IMG/VR virus record: IMGVR_UViG_3300031578_000104
Span: 1-44,336 of that record
Direction: 5' to 3' (one strand)
Source: a virus
DNA length: 44,336 nt
Positions within the stretch are counted from its first letter, which is position 1, and the number at the start of each line of letters is the position of its first letter. The translations under genes were made by a program, and so were the position numbers. Below are positions 22,701 through 30,248 of this stretch, in pieces. The notes under the pieces are model-generated. The model searched no databases. It was not told where the DNA came from and worked only from the letters and a program-made list of their open reading frames with translations.

Positions 22701-22898
22701 CTAATTAACTTTGTTTCGCACTACTGCCGCAACTTTCAATGGTTCATTCAGGTTTGTCCCCGCACATGTCCCGCATTTGGGATTGACACAGACAAGAAGC
22801 AGCTCCACATAAACATCGCTACTCCCTACCTCACTTTTATACTCACTATGCGACACCATCAAGGGTTGCTTGCACTCCAGACACTCCACCGCCTCCAC
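22701..22898 (-). CDS. Cys4 zinc-ribbon small protein
   Basis: 65 aa with CLEC...CVNPKCGTC; overlaps the portal 3' end by 53 nt. Confidence 0.5.
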   Translation of the reverse strand: MEAVECLECKQPLMVSHSEYKSEVGSSDVYVELLLVCVNPKCGTCAGTNLNEPLKVAAVVRNKVN

Positions 22899-24678
22899 CT
22901 CCTACCATCATTTGAGATTCTTGCGCTATCGCCGCCTGTAACTCCGGCGATAACTGACCGATAAACTGCTCAAAGGCCTCCATTTGCTCCTGCATTTTGG
23001 CCTGCTGCTCCTGTTGCTCCACCTCTTCGATTAAGCCCTCTTTGTCGGGGATAAGACCGCTTGCGATACGCTCCAGGTACTGTCTGAAGGTGATCAGCTG
23101 TTTGTCTAGTAGGCTGTCCAGGGTCTGAATAGAAGCGATCTCCGACCACTGAGTAGAGGCCCCCACGTCGATCTTGAGACTGAAAGTTGTCTGGCTGTAC
23201 TGCGAACCATCGAACGGTATCTGTACGACCTCCGACTGCTTTGTCTCGGGGTTGGTACGTTCAATCGTCAGCATCCGGGGGACACTATACTTTGTCAGCC
23301 AGTAGTCCAGCCATATAAGCCCCTGATCCTCTTTAAACTGTGCGAATCTGCGTTTGTTGGTGGACAGCGGCAGGACTGACGCTTTTTGCAGGGCAATAAT
23401 ACCGGCTGCGGTCTTGGTTACACTGTCATCACCAAGGGCTGTCTCATTTGCCCCGGCCATGTCCTTTGTGGTCTGCACCAGCATTTCAAAGAGGTTTTGA
23501 ACACTGGCGGGAAGTCCCTGCGGCTGGAGATACATAGCCGCGCTCGTTATGTCACCATCTACCGGTATTGCTTTGGTTATATCGTTTGACCATGCCGGGA
23601 TCCGGGAAGAGTCGTAAACAGGTTTGGGGTATGCGTTTATCATTGTCCACAAGATCATGGTCGCCATTAATTTGTTGATCGCGATATTGTTCGGGATTAA
23701 CTCCGTGGCCTCGGCCTCACCGTGACAACTATTTTTGCGTGGTGTCCACTGTAGGGATGCCACCGGGTAGCGGTGTAGTTTGGTATCCCAATCCTTGCGA
23801 ACTACAGCGGCCTGTGTGGATTTCCTGGCCCATATGGTGGTCACCCTATCCATAAGTTGCTTGCCTGTCTGGTCCATCATCGGAAACCCTGCGGGGTCAG
23901 TTTTGGGTATCTCCTCTGTCTTGGTCCACATCTTCAGCAGGACAGTGCAGAAACCGCCCTCATTGTCCTTATTGGGTTCTTTCTTGGCCCTGTCTCCTGC
24001 CCGGTACTGAGTATCACTGTCGCCGGTGATTTTATCTATCTCTTCCTTCGGTGCCTTGTTTCGCTTGGCTTCCTCTCGGACTTCTTTAACCAACTTACGA
24101 AATGACAAGATGATATAAGGCTGTACCGGCCCTCTCTTGTCGTTGGGCCTTGGGTCGCTGGTATTGCCTGGGAAGTAGCACACGTTGTCAATCAGTTCCC
24201 CGTTCATGTCGCCCATGACCGCGGCGCCCATCTCATTAACACCGGCATTAATGGTATCGTCCCAGTAGTAATAGATAATGCCATCACCGGACAAGGCGGC
24301 ATCAAAAATGGCCTGCTCGTCAAGGGTAGACTGTTTTAAGTTTTCATCGACTGTTTTTGAGTAGTCAGAGAGTAACCTTGCCACCTCTTGCAGCATGGCA
24401 ATCTTGTCCGGGTTGGCCGGGTCATAATTGGCTGAGTTCTCGGCGCTAAACTGCATGGTCAGCATGTCTGACATGATCTGACTGACCTTCCAATTGACTA
24501 TCCTTTTAGTCACGTTTAACCGGACCTGTGGCAGCCCCCCGGTGTCTACTCCGTCCCAGTGGTGGCCGGCGTAAAACCGTTCATTTCGGTTAGTGGTGGC
24601 GAATAGGTTGAGGCTGGATTTATAGTCTATCCCGTCCTTATAAAGCTGCCAATCGACTGTTTGGGTCTGCTCGTCCAA
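22846..24678 (-). CDS. Portal protein
   Basis: 610-aa ORF directly after TerL. NERFYAGHHW motif and an acidic C-terminus with a Gly run; size and position typical. Confidence 0.8.
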   Translation of the reverse strand: MDEQTQTVDWQLYKDGIDYKSSLNLFATTNRNERFYAGHHWDGVDTGGLPQVRLNVTKRIVNWKVSQIMSDMLTMQFSAENSANYDPANPDKIAMLQEVARLLSDYSKTVDENLKQSTLDEQAIFDAALSGDGIIYYYWDDTINAGVNEMGAAVMGDMNGELIDNVCYFPGNTSDPRPNDKRGPVQPYIILSFRKLVKEVREEAKRNKAPKEEIDKITGDSDTQYRAGDRAKKEPNKDNEGGFCTVLLKMWTKTEEIPKTDPAGFPMMDQTGKQLMDRVTTIWARKSTQAAVVRKDWDTKLHRYPVASLQWTPRKNSCHGEAEATELIPNNIAINKLMATMILWTMINAYPKPVYDSSRIPAWSNDITKAIPVDGDITSAAMYLQPQGLPASVQNLFEMLVQTTKDMAGANETALGDDSVTKTAAGIIALQKASVLPLSTNKRRFAQFKEDQGLIWLDYWLTKYSVPRMLTIERTNPETKQSEVVQIPFDGSQYSQTTFSLKIDVGASTQWSEIASIQTLDSLLDKQLITFRQYLERIASGLIPDKEGLIEEVEQQEQQAKMQEQMEAFEQFIGQLSPELQAAIAQESQMMVGGGGGGVSGVQATLDGVA

Positions 24679-24683
24679 CTACT

Positions 24684-24929
24684 TCACCTTCTTTCCTCGG
24701 GCAAGAATCCATCATAAGCCATCATATTTGCATGGCCCTTCAATATCTCGGCTGTGGCCGGGTTAGGTTTGGGAGGTGCAATGGCCTCCTTCACGGCCTT
24801 AACCGGGGTTAGCTTCGGCGGCACGTTTCCCTTGGCTGTCTGCATACCAAGGCGCAGGCCGGTACGGAAGCCGAGGTAAAGGCATAGAAAAAGGAGTATC
24901 CCTACTCCTACGCTGATCAAAATATCCAA
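24684..24929 (-). CDS. Small membrane-anchored protein between TerL and portal
   Basis: 81 aa with an N-terminal TM helix ILISVGVGILLFLCLYLGF. Confidence 0.55.
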   Translation of the reverse strand: MDILISVGVGILLFLCLYLGFRTGLRLGMQTAKGNVPPKLTPVKAVKEAIAPPKPNPATAEILKGHANMMAYDGFLPEERR

Positions 24930-26435
24930 TTAACTCCACCCTCCCTTAAAAAATCCCTCCGTCACCGTCGCGCTGTCGGCTCGGGGTTTGGGTTTTTCGC
25001 ACTCGAAGTTATAGTGTTCTGGTTCCGGTGCTGGGTGCTTAGTTGGTATTGTCTTCATCCTTATAGCCAACCCTGTCACTCCATCCGGCGCATCGTCGTG
25101 TTTATTCTTGCCAATCTTTACGTATGAGGTCAAGGCCCTCATAAACTTATCGTAGTCGCTGCCAGGTTCGTAATCTGACCGGAAATAGAAATACTCCTTT
25201 ACATACCCGGCATTCATTAGGATTCGCGTTTCTTTGTTGGTTGTTTCATGTTGGTCAATAACTGAGCATTTCCATTTTGGTTTAACCAGCTTACGAACAT
25301 TACGGGCATAGCTGCTTCCACCGTTATTGGCCTCAATGATCTCTATATCTTCCTTGGCATCGATAATCTTCTGCGCTACAAGCGGTTCGGTAACCTCAAC
25401 GCCGTCCTGGGTAAATACCACATCGGTTATGTAGGTGTAATCACCGTATCTTTTGCCTGTGACTGAACAAAGGTAATCGTCCCCCCGGTCTGCCGTATCG
25501 GTAAACCCTATAATACCGTCCGGCCTCTTTGTGGCCAAGTCTGCCATTGTAAAGCGGTTTAGCTGTTCAACGGGATAGAGTAAGCCCTTGGCCTCTATGG
25601 GGTTCTGCATGTACTCAGCTTCCCAGATAAAGTCCTCGGTCACTCGCTTAATGGACATATATTCAGCCGTTGTCTTTATTGCAGGGCAGAAGGTTTTGCC
25701 ATATTGGTCAAGGGCCGGTATCTTTATGACTGTAAACTCGTCGCTAAAATACTCGCTTGCCTCGTCTGCAAGCCGTCCTATGGGATCGTTTCTGCTCCAC
25801 CTGGTGGCAATGTGGATCTCCGGACATCCACTCTCAAACCGGCTCAGGTGTGTTGATGTGTACCAAAGCCACACGTTTTTTATGACTGTCTCGGACATGG
25901 CCTCTTCAATGTTTTTTATCGGATCGTCAAGTATGCCGGCCAGGTCGCAGCCTTTACCTGTTATTGGCCCACCCACGCCAGCACAAAAATAAGCGCTCCT
26001 TTTTGATGTTTCAAGCGCCCAATCTTCAATGGCTTTCCGGTCTGATTTTAGCTTTATCTTCGGGAATACCCTCAGATATTTGTCACTCTGCACCATCTGC
26101 CGTATATCATAGCTAAATGTGTGCGCCAGGTCTGCGGCGTAACTGTTTCTCATTATCGCGCCGACCGGATTCTTACCAAACATCCAGGCACACCACAAAG
26201 ATGTTTCATACGACTTGCCGGCCCGGGGCGGTTCTGAAATGGCTAGTTTTAGTATTTGCTTATCTGTTACACCCTGAAACGCTTCAGCAATTTCTTGAAG
26301 ATGTGGCTTATCATCTGAAAAAAACAACGGGTCCATATACCTACAAAAAAAATAGAAGTTGTTTATTAGTTTATCAATCCGATCCTCTTCAAGCAGCCTT
26401 AAAAGTTCAGTTTCCTCTTTTGGCGATAAGCTCAT
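24930..26435 (-). CDS. terL: Terminase large subunit
   Basis: 501 aa. Walker A PPRAGKSY, ATPase plus nuclease-domain length, follows TerS with a 29-nt overlap. Confidence 0.9.
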   Translation of the reverse strand: MSLSPKEETELLRLLEEDRIDKLINNFYFFCRYMDPLFFSDDKPHLQEIAEAFQGVTDKQILKLAISEPPRAGKSYETSLWCAWMFGKNPVGAIMRNSYAADLAHTFSYDIRQMVQSDKYLRVFPKIKLKSDRKAIEDWALETSKRSAYFCAGVGGPITGKGCDLAGILDDPIKNIEEAMSETVIKNVWLWYTSTHLSRFESGCPEIHIATRWSRNDPIGRLADEASEYFSDEFTVIKIPALDQYGKTFCPAIKTTAEYMSIKRVTEDFIWEAEYMQNPIEAKGLLYPVEQLNRFTMADLATKRPDGIIGFTDTADRGDDYLCSVTGKRYGDYTYITDVVFTQDGVEVTEPLVAQKIIDAKEDIEIIEANNGGSSYARNVRKLVKPKWKCSVIDQHETTNKETRILMNAGYVKEYFYFRSDYEPGSDYDKFMRALTSYVKIGKNKHDDAPDGVTGLAIRMKTIPTKHPAPEPEHYNFECEKPKPRADSATVTEGFFKGGWS

Positions 26436-26994
26436 TTATTCTCGCCTGCCGTTCTTCGGGGGTTAATGTGGCGGTTTCTATCGGCCCCCCGTCCTTGCCG
26501 GTAAGCTCCACCTTGTCCGTAAACATGCCCAGGTGCTTGCCTATCAACTCCAGGGCCTTCAGGGAGTCATGGCGTTTGATTTTAAGGCCATCCTTTGTTT
26601 CTGACACCTCCGCAAGCAGGGTACCGTCAACTTCATCGCTGGGCCTTATTTTGACCGCGCTATACTCCTTTATTAACTTAATAGTATTGCCTTCCTCGTC
26701 CTCTCCAATATCACGCTCAACCCTGGCATTTTCGAAGGCCACAAAATCCTTAATGTCGCCAAAGGCTATCTTGGCCAGCTGCTGGAGGACTTTATCGGAT
26801 GTTATTTCGGTTCGTTTTTCCCTTTTTTGTTGGGCCTCTCCTATTGCAGCCTGGATGTTAGGTTTTCTTAGGTTTTCATGGCCTATTATCTCGGCTGTCT
26901 TTTCCGAGTACCCAGCCCTCCTGGCAGCTGCAGTTGCATTCAGATCTACCAGGTACTCCAGCACAAACATTTTCTGTTTTCCCGTTAGACCCAC
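26407..26994 (-). CDS. terS: Terminase small subunit (Terminase_2 family)
   Basis: 195 aa. GLTGKQKMFVLEYLVDLNATAAARRAGYSEKTA is the family signature. GTG start with a GGAGGG SD. Confidence 0.9.
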   Translation of the reverse strand: MGLTGKQKMFVLEYLVDLNATAAARRAGYSEKTAEIIGHENLRKPNIQAAIGEAQQKREKRTEITSDKVLQQLAKIAFGDIKDFVAFENARVERDIGEDEEGNTIKLIKEYSAVKIRPSDEVDGTLLAEVSETKDGLKIKRHDSLKALELIGKHLGMFTDKVELTGKDGGPIETATLTPEERQARINELIAKRGN

Positions 26995-27032
26995 GCCGCA
27001 TCCCTCCGTTTAAAAATAATTTGATTTATGTG

Positions 27033-27087
27033 TTGACAACGCCAACCATACATAGTACATTATATACAAGAGGTTGGCAACGCCAAC
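27033..27087. promoter_or_regulatory. Back-to-back overlapping promoters plus two copies of the inverted-repeat motif TTGRCAACGCCAA
   Basis: + strand: TTGACA (27033-38), 17 nt, TACATT (27056-61). - strand: TTGGCG (27081-86), 16 nt, TATAAT (27059-64). Motif copies at 27033-27046 and 27074-87; the second is the palindrome TTGGC-AAC-GCCAA. Confidence 0.5.
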
Positions 27088-27127
27088 ATATACCTGGCCC
27101 CCAGGGTGAAGGGGAAGGAGATTGAAC

Positions 27128-27403
27128 ATGACTAAAGAGTATACCATCTATAACCGCTACGATGGCGAGAGCAAGGAACTCACCGAAGCTGAAGCCATAG
27201 CTATCACTAAAGCAGCCGACTTACATACCGGGCCTTATGGCGGTATGGGCAGCCAGATTGACATGACGCTGTGCCGGTACGATGAAGCCAACGACACTTA
27301 TGTCATCGAAGCTGTACACCACCGGGGCGAATGGCTTGCAATCCCCGAGAGCCAGTCTGCGTTTATGGAGCATGAGTTAGGTCAGAATGCCCAGGGGGAG
27401 TAG
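27128..27403 (+). CDS. Hypothetical protein
   Basis: ATG 27128 lies 6 nt after GGAGA; 91 aa; the opposite strand to the packaging genes. Confidence 0.55.
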   Translation: MTKEYTIYNRYDGESKELTEAEAIAITKAADLHTGPYGGMGSQIDMTLCRYDEANDTYVIEAVHHRGEWLAIPESQSAFMEHELGQNAQGE

Positions 27404-27441
27404 TTCCCCCGCTCTGCGGTTATAAAGAGGCCGCCGAGATT

Positions 27442-27585
27442 ATGGGGGTATCACACAAGGCCTTGGCCGTGTATATCAAGCGCGGTTGGCCGGGTGGCAA
27501 ACATTTTCCTGAGCCGGTCCAGAGATTAGCAAGTGGGCCGGTATGGAGGAAAAGCGATATAGAAAAATTTAAAGAATCTATCTAA
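27442..27585 (+). CDS. HTH_17 (excisionase/MerR-like) DNA-binding domain, N-terminally truncated as called
   Basis: MGVSHKALAVYIKRGWPGGKHFPEPVQRLASGPVWRKSDIEKFKESI. The frame is open upstream to 27376 and there encodes YKEAAEI (helix 1) but has no start codon. Confidence 0.45.
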   Translation: MGVSHKALAVYIKRGWPGGKHFPEPVQRLASGPVWRKSDIEKFKESI

Positions 27586-27610
27586 CCTCCCCCCGGGAGG
27601 TTTTTCTTTT
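27586..27610 (+). terminator. Rho-independent terminator
   Basis: cctccc-ccc-gggagg followed by tttttctttt. Confidence 0.75.
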
Positions 27611-27663
27611 TATCAAGTACCCGTCAAGTAAAAATCAAAAAAGCAACAATACCTGTAAGGTAC

Positions 27664-27702
27664 TGGTCTCTGTTATAGTGGTCTCTGTTAATGGTATCTG
27701 TT
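27664..27702. repeat. Iteron set A: TGGTCTCTGTTA x2 plus TGGTATCTGTT
   Basis: Copies start at 27664, 27679 and 27692. Confidence 0.8.
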
Positions 27703-27710
27703 CGTATACT

Positions 27711-27782
27711 AAATCTAGTATAGGTGGGTATATCAAATCTAGTATAGGTCATCCCCTAACCTATATCATTTTTAGTATAGGT
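27711..27782. repeat. Iteron set B: AAATCTAGTATAGGT x2 plus TTTTTAGTATAGGT, with an inverted partial copy ACCTATA
   Basis: TAGTATAGGT at 27716, 27740 and 27773; the inverted acctat at 27759-27764. The last copy overlaps the stop of the wHTH gene. Confidence 0.8.
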
Positions 27783-28099
27783 CAATAGTGGGGTTCTTTG
27801 CGCCACTCGGCAAAATCCAGCATGTAATACTCGCTTGGTTTACCTGGCCTCTTGCTGATTTGAATTAAGCCTTTTGCCTCCAGCTGGTCAACGTGTTTTA
27901 GCACCGTGACCCTGCTTAATCCCCTGCAGTCCTCCGCTATCCTGTCTATGGATGGGTAGCAGGTCAAGTCCTCCTTATCAGCCCTGGACAGGAGCATAAT
28001 GTATATTAACAGGTCTATTGAGTCTATTTCCCGGCTACCTTTATCCCTCAGCCAGGTGAGGTAAAAGGCATTTATGGGGAGTATATTGTCTTGTCGCAT
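27782..28099 (-). CDS. Winged-helix DNA-binding protein (replication-initiator/HTH_36-like)
   Basis: 105 aa. CYPSIDRIAEDCRGLSRVTVLKHVDQLEAKGLI is a typical wHTH (MarR/DnaD-N-like) segment. Confidence 0.6.
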   Translation of the reverse strand: MRQDNILPINAFYLTWLRDKGSREIDSIDLLIYIMLLSRADKEDLTCYPSIDRIAEDCRGLSRVTVLKHVDQLEAKGLIQISKRPGKPSEYYMLDFAEWRKEPHY

Positions 28100-28245
28100 A
28101 TCACCACGCTCCTGTGGTATTTGCTCCCTAAATGTTTAAGACGGGTGCCAATGGAGCTATTGGCCAGGCTGCAGACCTGTTTTACCCGCCAAAATAAAAA
28201 TCAGCCACCGGCTGAAATATTTTCAAAATTATTTACAAAAAGGTG

Positions 28246-28274
28246 TTGACAGGGTGGTATCACCGTGATATATT
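28246..28274 (+). promoter_or_regulatory. Strong promoter (TTGACA-17 nt-TATATT) with the perfect palindrome TATCAC-C-GTGATA in the spacer
   Basis: TTGACA 28246-51, TATATT 28269-74, palindrome 28258-28270. Confidence 0.7.
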
Positions 28275-28310
28275 GTGTATAAGGAAAAGTCATGAAGGGA
28301 GCAAATACAA

Positions 28311-28715
28311 ATGCTTAAAAGTGAGCTTGCAAAAAACATCAACGCAGTAAAAGACCTCGGCAGAATCATAACAACAAATTTTGAATTAGACTTTACCGAA
28401 GGCACAATATATGACAACCACGGAAAGGTTGAGAGCTGGACGGACAGAGACAACTCAAAAGTTGCCTTTATCCCCGAAACTACAGGCAAAATAATGTACG
28501 TCCTGCACTGTGACCAGGTCCCCTGCCACGCCGTAGACTACAGTAATGCAGAAGAATGTGACCTGCTTGGCGCTACCGACTGCGAAAGTGAAGCCGAATG
28601 CCTAGTACCCTCCGACACAAAAATGAGAATCACCTACGTATCTAGCGAAGATGATTATAGAGAAATGGACTACTATCTAATAGAGTTTGAGTTGGTCATA
28701 GATGAAGAAGAATAA
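28311..28715 (+). CDS. Acidic hypothetical protein
   Basis: 134 aa, strongly acidic C-terminal half (SSEDDYREMDYYLIEFELVIDEEE), first gene of a + strand operon. Confidence 0.6.
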   Translation: MLKSELAKNINAVKDLGRIITTNFELDFTEGTIYDNHGKVESWTDRDNSKVAFIPETTGKIMYVLHCDQVPCHAVDYSNAEECDLLGATDCESEAECLVPSDTKMRITYVSSEDDYREMDYYLIEFELVIDEEE

Positions 28716-29019
28716 CATTAACGACATCCTTATCCAGTTAGACCAACCTGCCTCAGATTATGAGTTAGAGTACAAAAAAATTAAAATAAAAACTAAAAAA
28801 GCCGTTGTCCGAAGAAGGTACGGCGGGAGGTTGCCAAATAAATTTTTATCTGATGCAGATTGGCTGAAAGAAGCGTATGAAACCTCTAGTGTAAAGCAAC
28901 TAGCCGCTAAACTTAACGTAATCCCTGAAAGTATTTTGTATTGGCTAAAGAAGCACCAAATACCTCGCAAAGAAGTTGTTGTTAGGCGCACTAGAAAGTC
29001 AAAGACCGAGGAGGATTGA
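28702..29019 (+). CDS. Basic protein with a C-terminal HTH
   Basis: 105 aa. SVKQLAAKLNVIPESILYWLKKHQI is a helix-turn-helix; Lys/Arg-rich flanks. Confidence 0.55.
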   Translation: MKKNNINDILIQLDQPASDYELEYKKIKIKTKKAVVRRRYGGRLPNKFLSDADWLKEAYETSSVKQLAAKLNVIPESILYWLKKHQIPRKEVVVRRTRKSKTEED

Positions 29020-29384
29020 CAATGTCCATTTCCCCATTAAAAACCCGCATATTACTGACCATAGACCGCGAACTTTTGGCTTGGGTTGACACTCAGGCCA
29101 AGGCCGAATATCGGGACCGGAATAACTGGATTATAGCCCAAATTTTAAACGTTAAGAAGGAGGTCGCCCCAATGAAAAAAATCTATAACGGTGAAAACTT
29201 TGATATCACGGTGGTTATTGACCTACAAGACGTTGTTATCCCTGCAAAATCCTATACCGAAGTAGTAATACCGGAAAACGTAACCTTCAACTCGGACAGC
29301 TTTTATGTGCAAGAAGAAGGAAACTTTTACGCCAAATACGAAAACTGCCACAGTGGGGCAGATATAGAAATCTACACAAACTAG
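29016..29384 (+). CDS. RHH (CopG-like) N-terminal domain protein with an extra C-terminal domain
   Basis: 122 aa. KTRILLTIDRELLAWVDTQAKAEYRDRNNWIIAQIL fits RHH. An in-frame internal AAGGAGG-N8-ATG at 29172 could also yield a separate 70-aa product. Confidence 0.55.
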   Translation: MTMSISPLKTRILLTIDRELLAWVDTQAKAEYRDRNNWIIAQILNVKKEVAPMKKIYNGENFDITVVIDLQDVVIPAKSYTEVVIPENVTFNSDSFYVQEEGNFYAKYENCHSGADIEIYTN

Positions 29385-29408
29385 TCGCCGGCATGGAAAG
29401 ACTATACG

Positions 29409-29436
29409 GCCCCCGCAAATAGGGGGCTTTTTCTTT
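29409..29436 (+). terminator. Rho-independent terminator
   Basis: gccccc-gcaaata-gggggc followed by tttttcttt. Confidence 0.8.
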
Positions 29437-29484
29437 GCCCTGAAGGGCTCCAGGGAACCAATTAAGGTTTACCCCGGCAAATAT

Positions 29485-29667
29485 CTAAATAGCTCTGAGC
29501 ACCCACCCACGCCACTCTACTTCTGTAGCCATCGGACTCCAATTCAAGCCCATGGCTTTGCCCAGTTCAGGTAGGCGTTTAACATAGTATACCTTCTCGT
29601 CTGGGGCCTTGTGGTAGTCGGCTGGAGTCCAGCCATATTGCTCGAACATTTTACTCAGGCTTTGCAT
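29485..29667 (-). CDS. Hypothetical protein
   Basis: 60-aa ORF, GGAGG-like SD. Confidence 0.5.
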   Translation of the reverse strand: MQSLSKMFEQYGWTPADYHKAPDEKVYYVKRLPELGKAMGLNWSPMATEVEWRGWVLRAI

Positions 29668-29703
29668 AAAACCTCCAAATTTACCGGCAAGGGCAGGCCG
29701 GTT

Positions 29704-29922
29704 TTACTTTACGGGCGGATAATACCCGACGTTGTCCGTCAGTACGTCGCGCCCTCCATGTGTAAATGAAGCATGTTCTACATTCTGTCCGACTGCCTTC
29801 AGTTTTTCGACGGTCTCTTTGAGGATCTGGTTTGCATCCCCCTCAAAGTTTTCCTGCCCTTCCCTGTATCCCTTGTTGTGGTGTGCGCCAGTTCCGATGA
29901 TTGTAACAGCCCAGTTTCCCAT
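29704..29922 (-). CDS. Hypothetical protein (conserved small phage protein type)
   Basis: 72-aa ORF with an AAGGAGAG SD; MGNWAVTIIGTGAHHN... resembles a recurrent small phage protein, family name not recalled. Confidence 0.55.
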   Translation of the reverse strand: MGNWAVTIIGTGAHHNKGYREGQENFEGDANQILKETVEKLKAVGQNVEHASFTHGGRDVLTDNVGYYPPVK

Positions 29923-29954
29923 GGTTACACTCTCCTTAAATTTATTTGTCCTTG

Positions 29955-29981
29955 CTAAAAGAAAACAGCCTTTCGGCTGCT
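29955..29981 (-). terminator. Terminator-like hairpin in the long untranslated region downstream of the ArpU-like gene
   Basis: The - strand reads cagcc-gaaa-ggctg followed by ttttctttt. Confidence 0.5.
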
Positions 29982-30248
29982 GATTTCTGGGCCTGCGCTT
30001 TTTCGGATCTTTGTACGCAGGCCATCATAGTTTGCTCACTAAAGAGCTACACAGTAAGCGGTATAGCGCACAGGTTCGCTTTAAAGCGTTAACATTTTTA
30101 TGCGCCCGTAACTCCGTGCCAAACCTGGCCGCTTACAAACTAAATATTATCTGGCCGGGTCGCCCCGGCCTTGGGATGAGAGGCAGGATAAAGCCACCTC
30201 TCCATAATTATAATATAGCACGTTTACCGTAGCATTTTCGTAGCATAT

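Noticed and set aside
26117-27013. 298-aa + strand ORF, and many other long ORFs antisense to clear genes (for example 42942-43517, 2798-3223, 9425-9763, 30422-910, 21357-21746)
   Set aside because: They lie antisense to genes with strong family signatures, lack SD sequences, and have Pro/Arg/Ser/Leu-rich low-complexity composition. These are shadow ORFs.
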